58,121 nt of DNA from Clostridia bacterium (lineage in GTDB: Bacteria > Bacillota > Clostridia > Christensenellales > UBA3700), in NCBI GenBank assembly GCA_016287155.1, contig JAEEWC010000022.1, positions 1 to 58,121 on the forward strand. Direction: 5' to 3'. The notes under the pieces were generated by a model. It was not told the origin of the DNA, made no database searches, and saw only the letters and a list, made by a program, of their open reading frames with translations. Below, piece after piece: positions 26,947 to 36,248 of this stretch; within the stretch, counting starts at the first letter, position 1, and each line of letters begins with the position of its first letter. The translations under genes were made by a program, and so were the position numbers.

Positions 26947-27819
26947 TTAATTCTTCTTTGCTGCTGCTATTTGAGCTGCTACTTCATCTTGTAAGTTTTC
27001 TTCTTTCTTTTCTAGGCCTTCACCCATTACTAAACGAGTAAACTTAACAATCTTAGCGCCCTTTAGAATATCCTTAACAGCGATGCCTTGATCCTTAACG
27101 AATGGTTGTTCAACAAGACAAACTTCTTTGTAGAACTTACCAATCTTACCAGAAATCATCTTTTCAAGGATTTCCTTTGGCTTAGAAGCGTTCTTTGGAT
27201 CATTCATAGCTTGAGCTAATAAGATTTCCTTTTCGTGGTTAACTTCATCAGCTGGAACTTCTTCTGGAACGATATATCTTGGAGCTGCTGCAGCGATTTG
27301 TAATGCAACATCATGAGCTACTTCATCAGAAGCATTTTCTGTTTCAACTAAAACGCCGATTGCACCACCCATGTGGATGTATGAAGATAATTGTGTGCCA
27401 TTAGCAACATACTTTTCAAATCTTCTGATAGAAATCTTTTCACCGATCTTAGCAACAACTTCACTTGTTAATTCAGATAAAGCGCTAACAACTGATTCAA
27501 CATCTTTAACTTCATTTTCAGCGATGTACTTAGCAACTTGATCAACATATGCCTTGTATTGTTCGCCTCTAGCTACGAAGTCTGATTCGCAGTTAACTTC
27601 AACGATAACACCAACGTTTCCATTGATATATGTAGATACGATACCTTGAGAAGCGATCTTTCCAGCTCTCTTTTCGCTTGTAGCCTTTCCTTTTTCTCTT
27701 AAAAGTTCTACAGCCTTGTCCATATCTCCGTCAGCTTCTAATAAAGCCTTCTTACAATCCATAACGCCTACGCCTGTTCTAGCACGTAAATCAAAAATGT
27801 CTTTATTTGTGAAATTCAT
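26947..27819 (-). CDS. tsf: elongation factor Ts
   Basis: LRARTGVGVMDCKKALLEA UBA-like N-terminus. Downstream of rpsB. Confidence 0.97.
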   Translation of the reverse strand: MNFTNKDIFDLRARTGVGVMDCKKALLEADGDMDKAVELLREKGKATSEKRAGKIASQGIVSTYINGNVGVIVEVNCESDFVARGEQYKAYVDQVAKYIAENEVKDVESVVSALSELTSEVVAKIGEKISIRRFEKYVANGTQLSSYIHMGGAIGVLVETENASDEVAHDVALQIAAAAPRYIVPEEVPADEVNHEKEILLAQAMNDPKNASKPKEILEKMISGKIGKFYKEVCLVEQPFVKDQGIAVKDILKGAKIVKFTRLVMGEGLEKKEENLQDEVAAQIAAAKKN

Positions 27820-27832
27820 AATAATCTCCTAA

Positions 27833-28579
27833 TTAGTCTTTAACTTCTGTTGTTTCAGCTGGAGCTTCTTCCTTAGCTGCAACAAATGATTCGCCTTCTT
27901 TTGCTTCAATAACTGCATCTGCAATAATGCTAGAAATTAACTTAACAGCTCTAATAGCATCATCGTTACCTGGGATAACGTAATCTACTAAATCTGGATC
28001 ACAGTTTGTATCAACTAAACCAACAACTGGGATACCTAACTTCTTAGCTTCCTTAATTGCGTTAGCTTCTTTTCCTAGATCTACTACGAATAAAGCGCCT
28101 GGAAGTGATGTCATAGTCTTAATACCGCCAAGGTTTAGATTTAACTTATCTCTTTCAGCTACTAATAAAGCAACTTCTTTCTTTGGTAATAGGTTGAATT
28201 CACCTGTTAATTCTTGTTGATTAATCTTGTTTAATCTGTCAATTCTCTTCTTAACTGTTTCAAAGTTTGTTAATGTACCACCTAACCATCTTTGGTTCAT
28301 GTAGAACATACCGCATCTTTCAGCTTCTTCTTTGATAACTTCTTGAGCTTGCTTCTTTGTTCCTACGAATAGGATAGACTTTCCAGCCTTAACTGTGTCT
28401 TTAACAAAGTTGTATGCTTCGTTAATCTTTTCAACTGAGATATCTAAGTTGATAATGTGGATTTCTGATCTATCTTCCTTTGGATAGATGTACTTCTTCA
28501 TTTTTGGATTCCAATCTCTTTTCTTGTGTCCAAAATGTACGCCGGCCTCTAATAGGCTCTTCATTTCTACTACTGCCAT
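27833..28579 (-). CDS. rpsB: 30S ribosomal protein S2
   Basis: [19 protein letters not shown] motif. GGAG SD 10 nt upstream of the ATG. Confidence 0.97.
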   Translation of the reverse strand: MAVVEMKSLLEAGVHFGHKKRDWNPKMKKYIYPKEDRSEIHIINLDISVEKINEAYNFVKDTVKAGKSILFVGTKKQAQEVIKEEAERCGMFYMNQRWLGGTLTNFETVKKRIDRLNKINQQELTGEFNLLPKKEVALLVAERDKLNLNLGGIKTMTSLPGALFVVDLGKEANAIKEAKKLGIPVVGLVDTNCDPDLVDYVIPGNDDAIRAVKLISSIIADAVIEAKEGESFVAAKEEAPAETTEVKD

Positions 28580-28691
28580 TTTTAAAATTCTCCTTTTTGT
28601 TTATTTCTTCCCCGTTGCTTTACATATTTGGCCACCCCGGCAAAGGGCAACGGCTGCATACTCACAACGAGTGCTTATTTTGGCTAGGTTG
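28580..28691 (-). promoter_or_regulatory. structured, GC-rich 5' leader of rpsB-tsf (candidate autoregulatory element)
   Basis: About 110 nt lie between the -10 box and the ATG. A CCGTTGC/GCAACGG helix (28612..28618 with 28647..28653) encloses GGCC/CCGGGG-rich sequence, in an otherwise AT-rich intergenic region. Confidence 0.4.
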
Positions 28692-28721
28692 ATTATATCA
28701 AAGCATTTTTTTACTTGGCAA
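28692..28721 (-). promoter_or_regulatory. sigma-A-type promoter of rpsB
   Basis: Minus strand: TTGCCA, 18 nt spacer, TGaTATAAT (extended -10). Confidence 0.65.
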
Positions 28722-28768
28722 CTAAAAATAAATATAATTTTTTAAATATGCATTTATAACTTCATAAA

Positions 28769-28805
28769 CAAAAATTAAGGAAAGCTCAGCAAAGCCGAAC
28801 TTTCC
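28769..28805 (-). terminator. intrinsic terminator after the 918-aa surface protein gene
   Basis: Minus strand: 11-bp stem GGAAAGTTCGG-CTTTG-CTGAGCTTTCC (two G-U pairs) followed by TTAATTTTTGTTT. Confidence 0.75.
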
Positions 28806-28839
28806 ATAAATTTTATAATTTTGTCATGATATTAAGAAA

Positions 28840-31596
28840 TTATTTATCTTCCTTTGCAGATTCATTTTCAGCTTTAGCTGCTGCTTTTGCATTTTCGCCA
28901 ATATTTTCATTTGGCGCGTCAATTACTACTTCCTTCTTAGTATCATTTCTTCCTTGTTGTTCATCATCATTATCATCATCTTTCTTTTTCTTAAAGATAA
29001 AGAACCATAGTAATAATCCAGCAATTAATACAACACCTACGATGATGCCTATTATTAAGCCCAAATTATTCTTCTTTTCTGGTTGTGATTCGTTTTGTGG
29101 CGCTTTATTTTCATCTTGTTGTGATGGCGTTGGACTAGCTTCTTGATTTGCAGTAGTATCTTGTTCTTGATTTGGCGTAGATGGATTATTATGCGCTTCT
29201 TCTAACGCTGCATAGTCTTCCTCTGCTTTTATCAATTTATTGTAATAATCAAGTCCTGGCCTATCCTCCGGGCTTAATGCCTCATAAGCTGCCCTAGCTG
29301 CTTCAATTTTTTGCTTGCATTCTGGAGTATACGCAACTTCACCAATTGCTTCTATCTTATCATCTACAGCAACCACTTCTGCTTTCTTTTCCCAATGAGC
29401 ATACAATGTTGCTCCTTCTAATCTATCCCATGCTTCTATTGAAGCACCATTTGCATCGTAATATTTTTTACCATTTATTTCAGCATCGAAATATCCATTA
29501 AATGCATATCCTGCTTTAGAAGGAATCGCAATAGAAGATGTAGTCGCACCATAAATCGCCCTTGCTGAATTCGAGCCACCAGATCCTCCTTTCTTGTTAA
29601 ATTCAACCAAATACTTTACACCAAAATCTACTTTCTTATATTCATTATGTTTTTCGCCGGTTGTATTAATAGCAATACCGTTTTCACCTTCAGTTCCTAA
29701 TTCGTCAGTCCATCCTACACCTGCAATAGAATTTTTTAAAGTTCCACCAAGGGCGCGCTGCGATCCAGTTGCAGTAACGCTCTTTGCATTTTCTCCTATT
29801 ATTATTGGGTTGTAATTAGTAGCTGAAATGCCAAATCTGCCCGCAGCATTAACAATTCCATCATTAATTGTTACAGAAGTAAATCCAAAAATACCCTGAT
29901 TGTTACCAACTGCTGTAATATTACCTCCATTAATGATAATCTTATCTTGTGCATAAATACCAGAAGCTGCTGAGTACTCTGCAGTAATTTTGCCGGTTTT
30001 AGCTATCAAAGTGCCATTACCAGTGAACTTTAGTGACCCACCTCGGCTCGCAAAATTGCCTACATCGTCATACAATAAATAACAAGCGCCAATCGCATAA
30101 ATCGCAATTTCTGAATCGAGTGTATTTATAATCTCATTAGTTCCAATAAGATTTATCTCAAGGGTTTCATAATAACTGTATAAAATTGCCGAATTCAAAT
30201 GAACGAAATTTTCATCTATTGTATAACCTGTTCCTTCATAAGAATAATTGTTCAATGTTATCTTATTTTCATCAGCATCATACTCCCAGCCGTCTCCAGA
30301 CATACGTTCGTCAGTAACTAATGCACCATCAATATATATGTCATATCCAGTAATTATAGTTGGGTAATCCGCATCGTTCTCCATTTTCCATTTATCAACA
30401 AAATCCCAACCAATATCAGTAAAATTGGCTACTGTTTTAAAATCAGATAGTTCAAATTTATGCGTACTTAAAACATTTAAATTAGCAATATGTTTCACTC
30501 CAACTGGCTCTATGCTTCCATCAGTTTTCATTACAGCATTATTAATATATGCATTTTCATCAGCAAAACCTGTAATTCCTCCAACACGTGTTTCAGAGCC
30601 TTCACCTAATTTATTTAATGAACCATAATTAAAACTATTGACAATTCTACCAAAGTAACATTGTGAATTTTCATCTCCAAGTTCTCCAGCTAAACCGCCT
30701 GCTCTTATTGCAGCCGTTCCGGGTGTATAGTTGATATCTCCAATGTTATAGCAATTCTCAATATAACTATCAAATAGTTGACCTGCAATGCCACCAACAT
30801 CTCCATCCGTTGTTCCAATGGTTCCTTTATTAGAGCATAAATATATCAAGCTACGATTAACTCCAGCAATACCGCCAGTATATGTATAGCCATTAATATT
30901 ACCTTCATTTACGCAGTATTTGATTTGAGTACGAGTATAAAGACTACCGTAATTTTCCCCCGTAATGCCTCCAACGTATATTCTAGCGCGATAATAATCA
31001 CCTGTTGCTACACATGATATATTAACTTTATTTGTACAATATAAGATACGTCCTGAGTTTTTTGCTACAATTCCTCCGGCCCTTACTTCTACCGTGTATG
31101 TATCACGATCGGCGATAACATCAATAGTTCCCTCTACAGTAAGGCGCTTTATAACTGCGTCATTTTCTGTACGTGCAAATAACCCATACATACCATCAAG
31201 AACATCCTCTTTTTTTATATATAAACCGCTGATAGTAAATCCACGACCATCAAAAGTGCCGTAAAATCCATTATAATTTCCAATTGGAACCCACTGATTA
31301 TCAACGTCGCATCCTAAGTCAATATTAGCAGTCAATTTTCCGCAAATATTATTATGCTGTGTTTCTCCGTTTCGCCCATCAACAATATCACGGAATTTCT
31401 CAAGTTGAGCTTTTGTGCCAATTAGATACGGATCGTCTTGTGTTCCAGAACCATCCCCCACCCATTCGGCATAAACTAATGAATTATTATCAAAGCTATT
31501 TAACACAAGAATTAAACTTGCAAAAAATATAGCTATCAAAACAAATAATAGTAAATAGGTACTAACCCTATTTTTAATTTTAGACGCAATTTTCAT
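28840..31596 (-). CDS. large surface protein with GLUG motifs, one Listeria-Bacteroides repeat and a C-terminal TM anchor
   Basis: N-terminal signal anchor. At least six G-G-[IL]-[AVT]-[AG] motifs (GGIVAKNSG, GGITGENYG, GGIAGVNRS, GGIAGQLFD, GGLAGELGD, GGITGFADE). KAGYAFNGYFD...ATLYAHW repeat. PT/Q-rich linker, TM segment LGLIIGIIVGVVLIAGLLLWFFIF and a charged tail. Start at MKIASK with GAGGGGG upstream; the ORF track extends the frame to 31614. Confidence 0.75.
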   Translation of the reverse strand: MKIASKIKNRVSTYLLLFVLIAIFFASLILVLNSFDNNSLVYAEWVGDGSGTQDDPYLIGTKAQLEKFRDIVDGRNGETQHNNICGKLTANIDLGCDVDNQWVPIGNYNGFYGTFDGRGFTISGLYIKKEDVLDGMYGLFARTENDAVIKRLTVEGTIDVIADRDTYTVEVRAGGIVAKNSGRILYCTNKVNISCVATGDYYRARIYVGGITGENYGSLYTRTQIKYCVNEGNINGYTYTGGIAGVNRSLIYLCSNKGTIGTTDGDVGGIAGQLFDSYIENCYNIGDINYTPGTAAIRAGGLAGELGDENSQCYFGRIVNSFNYGSLNKLGEGSETRVGGITGFADENAYINNAVMKTDGSIEPVGVKHIANLNVLSTHKFELSDFKTVANFTDIGWDFVDKWKMENDADYPTIITGYDIYIDGALVTDERMSGDGWEYDADENKITLNNYSYEGTGYTIDENFVHLNSAILYSYYETLEINLIGTNEIINTLDSEIAIYAIGACYLLYDDVGNFASRGGSLKFTGNGTLIAKTGKITAEYSAASGIYAQDKIIINGGNITAVGNNQGIFGFTSVTINDGIVNAAGRFGISATNYNPIIIGENAKSVTATGSQRALGGTLKNSIAGVGWTDELGTEGENGIAINTTGEKHNEYKKVDFGVKYLVEFNKKGGSGGSNSARAIYGATTSSIAIPSKAGYAFNGYFDAEINGKKYYDANGASIEAWDRLEGATLYAHWEKKAEVVAVDDKIEAIGEVAYTPECKQKIEAARAAYEALSPEDRPGLDYYNKLIKAEEDYAALEEAHNNPSTPNQEQDTTANQEASPTPSQQDENKAPQNESQPEKKNNLGLIIGIIVGVVLIAGLLLWFFIFKKKKDDDNDDEQQGRNDTKKEVVIDAPNENIGENAKAAAKAENESAKEDK

Positions 31597-31735
31597 CTTG
31601 TCCCCCTCATACATTATTTTGTTTCATAGTACTAAACTATATTTTTATTATAATATTTTTATGCAACTAAAAATTATATACAAGTGTCATTTTTGCAACA
31701 AATCTTGCCCATATAAGCTAAAATTAGCGTTTTTG

Positions 31736-31771
31736 CATAAAAATATGCACCCATTTTAAACAGGTGCATAT
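31736..31771 (-). terminator. intrinsic terminator after the DUF1292 gene
   Basis: Minus strand: ATATGCACC-11 nt loop-GGTGCATAT followed by TTTTTAT. Confidence 0.7.
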
Positions 31772-31794
31772 CAAATGATTCAGATTATTTGTGA

Positions 31795-32154
31795 TTAATT
31801 ATCTCTTTCTTCGCAATCTGCTTTTGAGCACATTGAACAAGCTCCATCGCAGAATTCTTCTTCATTTTCTAAAGCATATTCTTTTAAATATTCGTTGTAT
31901 AATGCTTCAGTAACGTCCTTGTCTTCTACAGGAACGAAGAAATCATCTCCGTTTTCATCTGCTTCGATTTTGAATAGTAACATTTCATCTTCATCCATAT
32001 CGCCAAGTTCTGTTGGTTGTAGGAATGCATACCATTCGTCTTTATAATCTAAAGTTGCAATTTGAACAAATTCAATTTCTTTTCCGTCTTCGTCTTGTAG
32101 GACAATAATATCTTCATCAGCTAGCATGCTTTCATTTTCTCTTTCGTCAGCCAT
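31795..32154 (-). CDS. DUF1292 (YrzB/UPF0473-like) acidic protein with an extra C-terminal Cys cluster
   Basis: IIVLQDEDGKEIEFVQIATLDYKDEWYAFLQP...LLFKIEADENGDDFFVPVED matches the YrzB pattern. The tail CDGACSMCSKADC is extra. Start at MADERE with GGAGG upstream; the ORF track extends the frame to 32178. Confidence 0.75.
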   Translation of the reverse strand: MADERENESMLADEDIIVLQDEDGKEIEFVQIATLDYKDEWYAFLQPTELGDMDEDEMLLFKIEADENGDDFFVPVEDKDVTEALYNEYLKEYALENEEEFCDGACSMCSKADCEERDN

Positions 32155-32222
32155 AAGTACCTCCATTTGCTTACACAATAATCATATAAAATTTTACTAC
32201 TAAAGTAAAGGTCAAAAAGAAT

Positions 32223-32257
32223 AAAAAAAAGAGCGCGACAATATATATTGCGCACTC
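32223..32257 (-). terminator. intrinsic terminator after the 76-aa gene
   Basis: Long imperfect hairpin GAGTGCGCAATAT/ATATTGTCGCGCTC followed by T8 on the minus strand. Confidence 0.8.
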
Positions 32258-32280
32258 CCTAATTTCATATATCAAATATC

Positions 32281-32511
32281 TTATCTTCCAATGACAACAT
32301 ATTTGTTCTTAATAGGTGTGTTCCTTAAATGAGACTCTTCGATTGGGATTAACTTGAAGTCATACTTAGCCAAGCATTCTTTAAAAGCTTCAAGGTCATA
32401 TTTGCCAATCCCGAACTCATCAGTATCGATAGTTGTAAAGGCAAAACCTTCAATCGCTCTAGCAGCTAATGCTTGATTAATCATTTCTTCTGCTAATTCT
32501 TCTTCTGTCAT
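32281..32511 (-). CDS. hypothetical 76-aa acidic protein (monocistronic)
   Basis: GGAGGG SD 7 nt upstream. Has its own near-consensus promoter and is bracketed by terminators. I recognise no motif. Confidence 0.6.
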   Translation of the reverse strand: MTEEELAEEMINQALAARAIEGFAFTTIDTDEFGIGKYDLEAFKECLAKYDFKLIPIEESHLRNTPIKNKYVVIGR

Positions 32512-32534
32512 TTTTCCACCCTCCTTTCAAAAAT

Positions 32535-32563
32535 ATTATAACTTATTTATAAATATTATTCAA
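32535..32563 (-). promoter_or_regulatory. near-consensus sigma-A promoter of the 76-aa gene
   Basis: Minus strand: TTGAAT, 17 nt spacer, TATAAT. This is about 23 nt upstream of the ATG. Confidence 0.7.
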
Positions 32564-32606
32564 TAGAGTATATATTATCTGGGAATTTATATAGACAAAA
32601 TAGGGC

Positions 32607-32640
32607 AAAAAAATATGGGAGCAACGCATAGGTTACTCCC
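32607..32640 (-). terminator. intrinsic terminator closing the vWA/PP2C/kinase operon
   Basis: Minus strand: GGGAGTAAC(C)-loop-GTTGCTCCC (one mismatch), then ATA and T7. Confidence 0.75.
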
Positions 32641-32661
32641 AAATATATACAAATTATAGTA

Positions 32662-33351
32662 TTAAGCTTCGTCTTGGAACCACTTATCTAGTGAATCGTC
32701 ATTTGGATTAGATGATGATGCACTTAATAGCTTAAATAGCTTTGAGAAGTTATCTGCAGATGTGATTGTTTTTGGCTCAACAAGTGGTGAGAATTTTCTC
32801 AATACTTCCTTGTTGAAGTTCTTACCAATACCAACTGGGAATACTTTAACTTCTTTTGCTTGTACCATTCTAGAGAATTCAGTAGCTGCAGCCATATAGT
32901 TATCTGTTGGAAGACCATCAGTCATAATAAGCATAATTGGCTTATAGTGTTCGATGTCATTAGATCTATAATAATTTCTTCTTAGTTTTAATAGATCCAT
33001 TGCCTTCATAACAGCAGCGCCCATTGGTGTTCTGCCATATGGTTTTAGTGGAGCGTATTTTAAGTCCTTAATGTTTGTATATCCACATACAACATCAACT
33101 TCGTCTACGCCACCGAAAGAAATGATGCAAATATCACAAATTCTAGATGCTTTTGCATTTCCTCTAACATAGTCCAAGAATTCTTTTAGGTTCTTATTTA
33201 GTTCTTCGATTTTTGTAAGTTGTGAACCATCTTTTTCGTCCATTGATCCACTTCTGTCCAAAACAAGACAAATTGGAACACGTCTAGATACGTTAATATC
33301 TAATGAACTCCAATCTCCAAAATTTACTTCATCGTCGATGTAGTCAGCCAT
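32662..33351 (-). CDS. TerY-like von Willebrand factor A protein, intact MIDAS
   Basis: RRVPICLVLDRSGSM (DxSxS), GRTPMGAA (Thr) and LIMTDGLPTD (Asp), the TerY/YegL-like pattern. Confidence 0.85.
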   Translation of the reverse strand: MADYIDDEVNFGDWSSLDINVSRRVPICLVLDRSGSMDEKDGSQLTKIEELNKNLKEFLDYVRGNAKASRICDICIISFGGVDEVDVVCGYTNIKDLKYAPLKPYGRTPMGAAVMKAMDLLKLRRNYYRSNDIEHYKPIMLIMTDGLPTDNYMAAATEFSRMVQAKEVKVFPVGIGKNFNKEVLRKFSPLVEPKTITSADNFSKLFKLLSASSSNPNDDSLDKWFQDEA

Positions 33352-33353
33352 AA

Positions 33354-34682
33354 TTAGCCCTCCTTTTGCTTAATAAATAGTTCTAGTTCCCTTATCCATT
33401 CAGATAGGTATGTAATTTTCCCTTGTGTGAAGTAATAATAGAAATATTCTCTCATCTTATCACTCATAGCAAACCACAATTTTAAGTGCATTGGCATACT
33501 TGTTAGGTTGTCTTTGCTCATTGGGTATTCGAATTTTCTATTACCTTCTTCGTTAACCTCTATGTTCTCTTTATTATAGAACGGACTCTTCAACATTAAC
33601 ATCTCAAACAATATTCTATTGATTGGGAAGTATTCGTCTTCAATAGTCCTTAGGTTTTGTCTTAGTTCCTTTCCAGTATACACCTTTTCAGTATATGATG
33701 GGTGACATACTGGGCAACAATAATCTTCTATTTGGAAACTACCAGAGTCAATAATATATACACTTCTTGGTGGTTTTACCATGATATTATCTGGTTTCAT
33801 ATCTCCAACTAGAATATTTTTTCTATGAAGATAATCCACTGTTTTTAAGAAATGTAGACATATCTTGTATCTATCTAGTGGGCTCATATCGCCAACTCTA
33901 AAGCCTAAATCTCTCATATCATCTATGTTATAGGCACCTTTTAATTCCTTCATAACATAGCCAGCAAAATTATTGTTGTAATATACAATATCAAGTGGCC
34001 ACAACACGAAATCGTTTGAAATATCCATTTCCATCATCTTTTGTAACTTCTTCAAGTTGACATAATTTAGATGGTTTTTGTTGTATAGCTTAACAAAGAA
34101 TCCATTATATGTTTTATAACAAGTTCCTTCACCGCCTGATACTGCCTTTGATTTCTCCAGTTTTAAATATCCGTATTTTGGCGAATAGACATAGTCTATT
34201 TTGTCAATATTTAGTCCATTTACATATTTATCATTCTCTACATAGAACGCCTTGTAGATGGTCTTTTCTGTTTCTTTCCATTCAACTAAATTTCTATGTC
34301 TTACACTATAGATTTTTAGGACTGGCATTTTAGATTTCAAACCTTTGAATGCATCATATACTTTTTCTTGTTGAGTAAGTACATATACTTCATTGTATTT
34401 TGTAGCCTTTTGCAAGAAGTCTTCAAGGTCTAAAAATCCGCTCGTTGTTATGTATTCAAGTTTCCTTCTATTAGCAAAGAAATATAAATACGTTTGTATG
34501 TTATATGCATCATCATACAACCCCATGCTTAAAAAATTATTAATATCGTTTTGAATTTCACGATCAACAGCAAAATATGGCTCAATTTTTGGGTCATCCA
34601 ATAGAATTTCTAACAGAGAGTAGAACTTATCTGTTGAAAATACACCTTCATCGATAAAATAAAGTCTATTTAATTTTGCCAT
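33354..34682 (-). CDS. Ser/Thr protein kinase-like protein with ~170-aa uncharacterised N-terminal domain
   Basis: G-loop VSGGEGTCYK, beta3 Lys in FFVKLY, catalytic loop HRKNILVGDMKPDNIMV and Mg-binding IIDSGSF (DFG equivalent). Confidence 0.8.
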   Translation of the reverse strand: MAKLNRLYFIDEGVFSTDKFYSLLEILLDDPKIEPYFAVDREIQNDINNFLSMGLYDDAYNIQTYLYFFANRRKLEYITTSGFLDLEDFLQKATKYNEVYVLTQQEKVYDAFKGLKSKMPVLKIYSVRHRNLVEWKETEKTIYKAFYVENDKYVNGLNIDKIDYVYSPKYGYLKLEKSKAVSGGEGTCYKTYNGFFVKLYNKNHLNYVNLKKLQKMMEMDISNDFVLWPLDIVYYNNNFAGYVMKELKGAYNIDDMRDLGFRVGDMSPLDRYKICLHFLKTVDYLHRKNILVGDMKPDNIMVKPPRSVYIIDSGSFQIEDYCCPVCHPSYTEKVYTGKELRQNLRTIEDEYFPINRILFEMLMLKSPFYNKENIEVNEEGNRKFEYPMSKDNLTSMPMHLKLWFAMSDKMREYFYYYFTQGKITYLSEWIRELELFIKQKEG

Positions 34683-35640
34683 TTAGCCCCCAATAAGATG
34701 ATAAATCATCTTTGTCTGGATATTGTGTCGTGCCATCTACGAATTTCGCATAGGCTGAAACGTCTTCTATTTGTTTAAAATTCTTTATATCTCCAACTAC
34801 ATCTTTGAATACATCTAGTCTGCACTTTTCTGTGTCAATTGTAGAAAGATATAGAATATTTATAGATAAATCATCGTAACTGTATTTTCCTACTTGGTTA
34901 TTCAAGAATTTATCTAAAGTCTTATTGTATTCTTGTTGCGTATAATTGTTGAAGTTATGGAATAATTTCAAACAGTTTATATGCATACCATTAATTGGAT
35001 GGTACAAAACTTCTTCAGGACCATCACTCATTAGCATTACGCCAGATAAGTTATACATTCTTGTAGCTGTAATTCTAAAGTGATCGATAGCATCAGGATC
35101 TGACATGAAGAATGTGATGTTAATTTGTTCTCCATTTTCTGGGTGAGAGATAACTCTTAGAGATTCATCTGCACCAGAATTAAACAACCCTGCAATTACC
35201 CCATCACCAATATGACCAATTAAAAACTTTTCATCTTTTTTAGCTACAAATAACAAAGTACATGCAAGTTCATCAATGCTTACAGATAGTTCATCAGCTT
35301 TTTCAAGAATCTTCTTTTTAACATAGTTAAAGATTGATTCTTTTACTAATTTTTCTGATTCTTCTATCTCGTCTTTTGTTTTGCCGTATTTTTCGCAAGA
35401 TAAATAAAGGTTATCAAATTCTTGAATCAAGTATTCACACACGGATTTAGTGGCAATTTCGGAGCCATATTGAGAATATTGCTTAGAGCCTGCGCCATCA
35501 GATACAGCAAGCACGTGAATTCCATTCTTGCCAATGTAATAAACATTGTCTTGGCAAGGTAGTTTTGCTTCTACGTGATCGTTACCTATAACTAAGCCTT
35601 GTGCTTGTCTCCATTTAGTCAATATCATAATATTGCCCAT
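34666..35640 (-). CDS. PP2C-family Ser/Thr phosphatase
   Basis: Motifs LPCQDN, LAVSDGAGS, IGHIGDGVI and VMLMSDGPEE. An alternative start at 35628 gives an ATGA overlap with the upstream stop. Confidence 0.8.
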   Translation of the reverse strand: MGNIMILTKWRQAQGLVIGNDHVEAKLPCQDNVYYIGKNGIHVLAVSDGAGSKQYSQYGSEIATKSVCEYLIQEFDNLYLSCEKYGKTKDEIEESEKLVKESIFNYVKKKILEKADELSVSIDELACTLLFVAKKDEKFLIGHIGDGVIAGLFNSGADESLRVISHPENGEQINITFFMSDPDAIDHFRITATRMYNLSGVMLMSDGPEEVLYHPINGMHINCLKLFHNFNNYTQQEYNKTLDKFLNNQVGKYSYDDLSINILYLSTIDTEKCRLDVFKDVVGDIKNFKQIEDVSAYAKFVDGTTQYPDKDDLSSYWGLNGKIK

Positions 35641-36248
35641 CCTTCGAAATCTGCTCTGTCGAATTTAACAGGAGTTTCTTTTGGCGTTGTTGCTCTCTTG
35701 TATGCCATATTATAGAACCATTCAAAGAATTCTTCATATGCATTGTCCTTGATTCTCATAAAACTCTTAACTTTTGCTAATGGCTCAACATTTTGAGGGA
35801 TCTTTCTTTGAGATAATAAGAATGGCATATATAGCACTTTGTTTTCTGCAAAATATTTTTTCATTGCATTTACGCCTTCATCTACATCATCAAAAGAATA
35901 CGCATCAGTTAAAATAAAGAACCATGGTTTATATATTGGGATTTCTTTTTCCCCATATTTTTCATTTAATTGAGAAAGATCTTTAATTGCAATAGAAATT
36001 GCCTTACCTAAAAATGGCATTTTATAAGGTTGTAATTCATCACAATTAAATTCTTTTGTCTTGTAAGACATTAATACTTTTGGAGAGAATTCATCGTATG
36101 CAATAATTTCTAAATCTAAATTAGTTGGATCGGCTTGTTTAATTTTTGCCAAACAATTATCAAAGGCGGCTTTAAAACTAGTAAATCTATCGCCTTGCAT
36201 AGCAGCTGAATTATCCACGATTAAAGTAATTACTAACCTAGGATTCAT
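35625..36248 (-). CDS. TerY-like von Willebrand factor A protein, degenerate MIDAS
   Basis: Same fold pattern as the 32662 gene. DxSxS is VDNSAAM, the Thr position is lost (KMPFLGKA) and TDG is replaced by TDAYS. Confidence 0.7.
   Translation of the reverse strand: MNPRLVITLIVDNSAAMQGDRFTSFKAAFDNCLAKIKQADPTNLDLEIIAYDEFSPKVLMSYKTKEFNCDELQPYKMPFLGKAISIAIKDLSQLNEKYGEKEIPIYKPWFFILTDAYSFDDVDEGVNAMKKYFAENKVLYMPFLLSQRKIPQNVEPLAKVKSFMRIKDNAYEEFFEWFYNMAYKRATTPKETPVKFDRADFEGWAIL

Noticed and set aside
28480-28745. Two small plus-strand ORFs (70 and 85 aa) across the rpsB start and leader
   Set aside because: They overlap the rpsB 5' end, promoter and leader on the opposite strand. They lack an SD, and the region is better explained as regulatory RNA.
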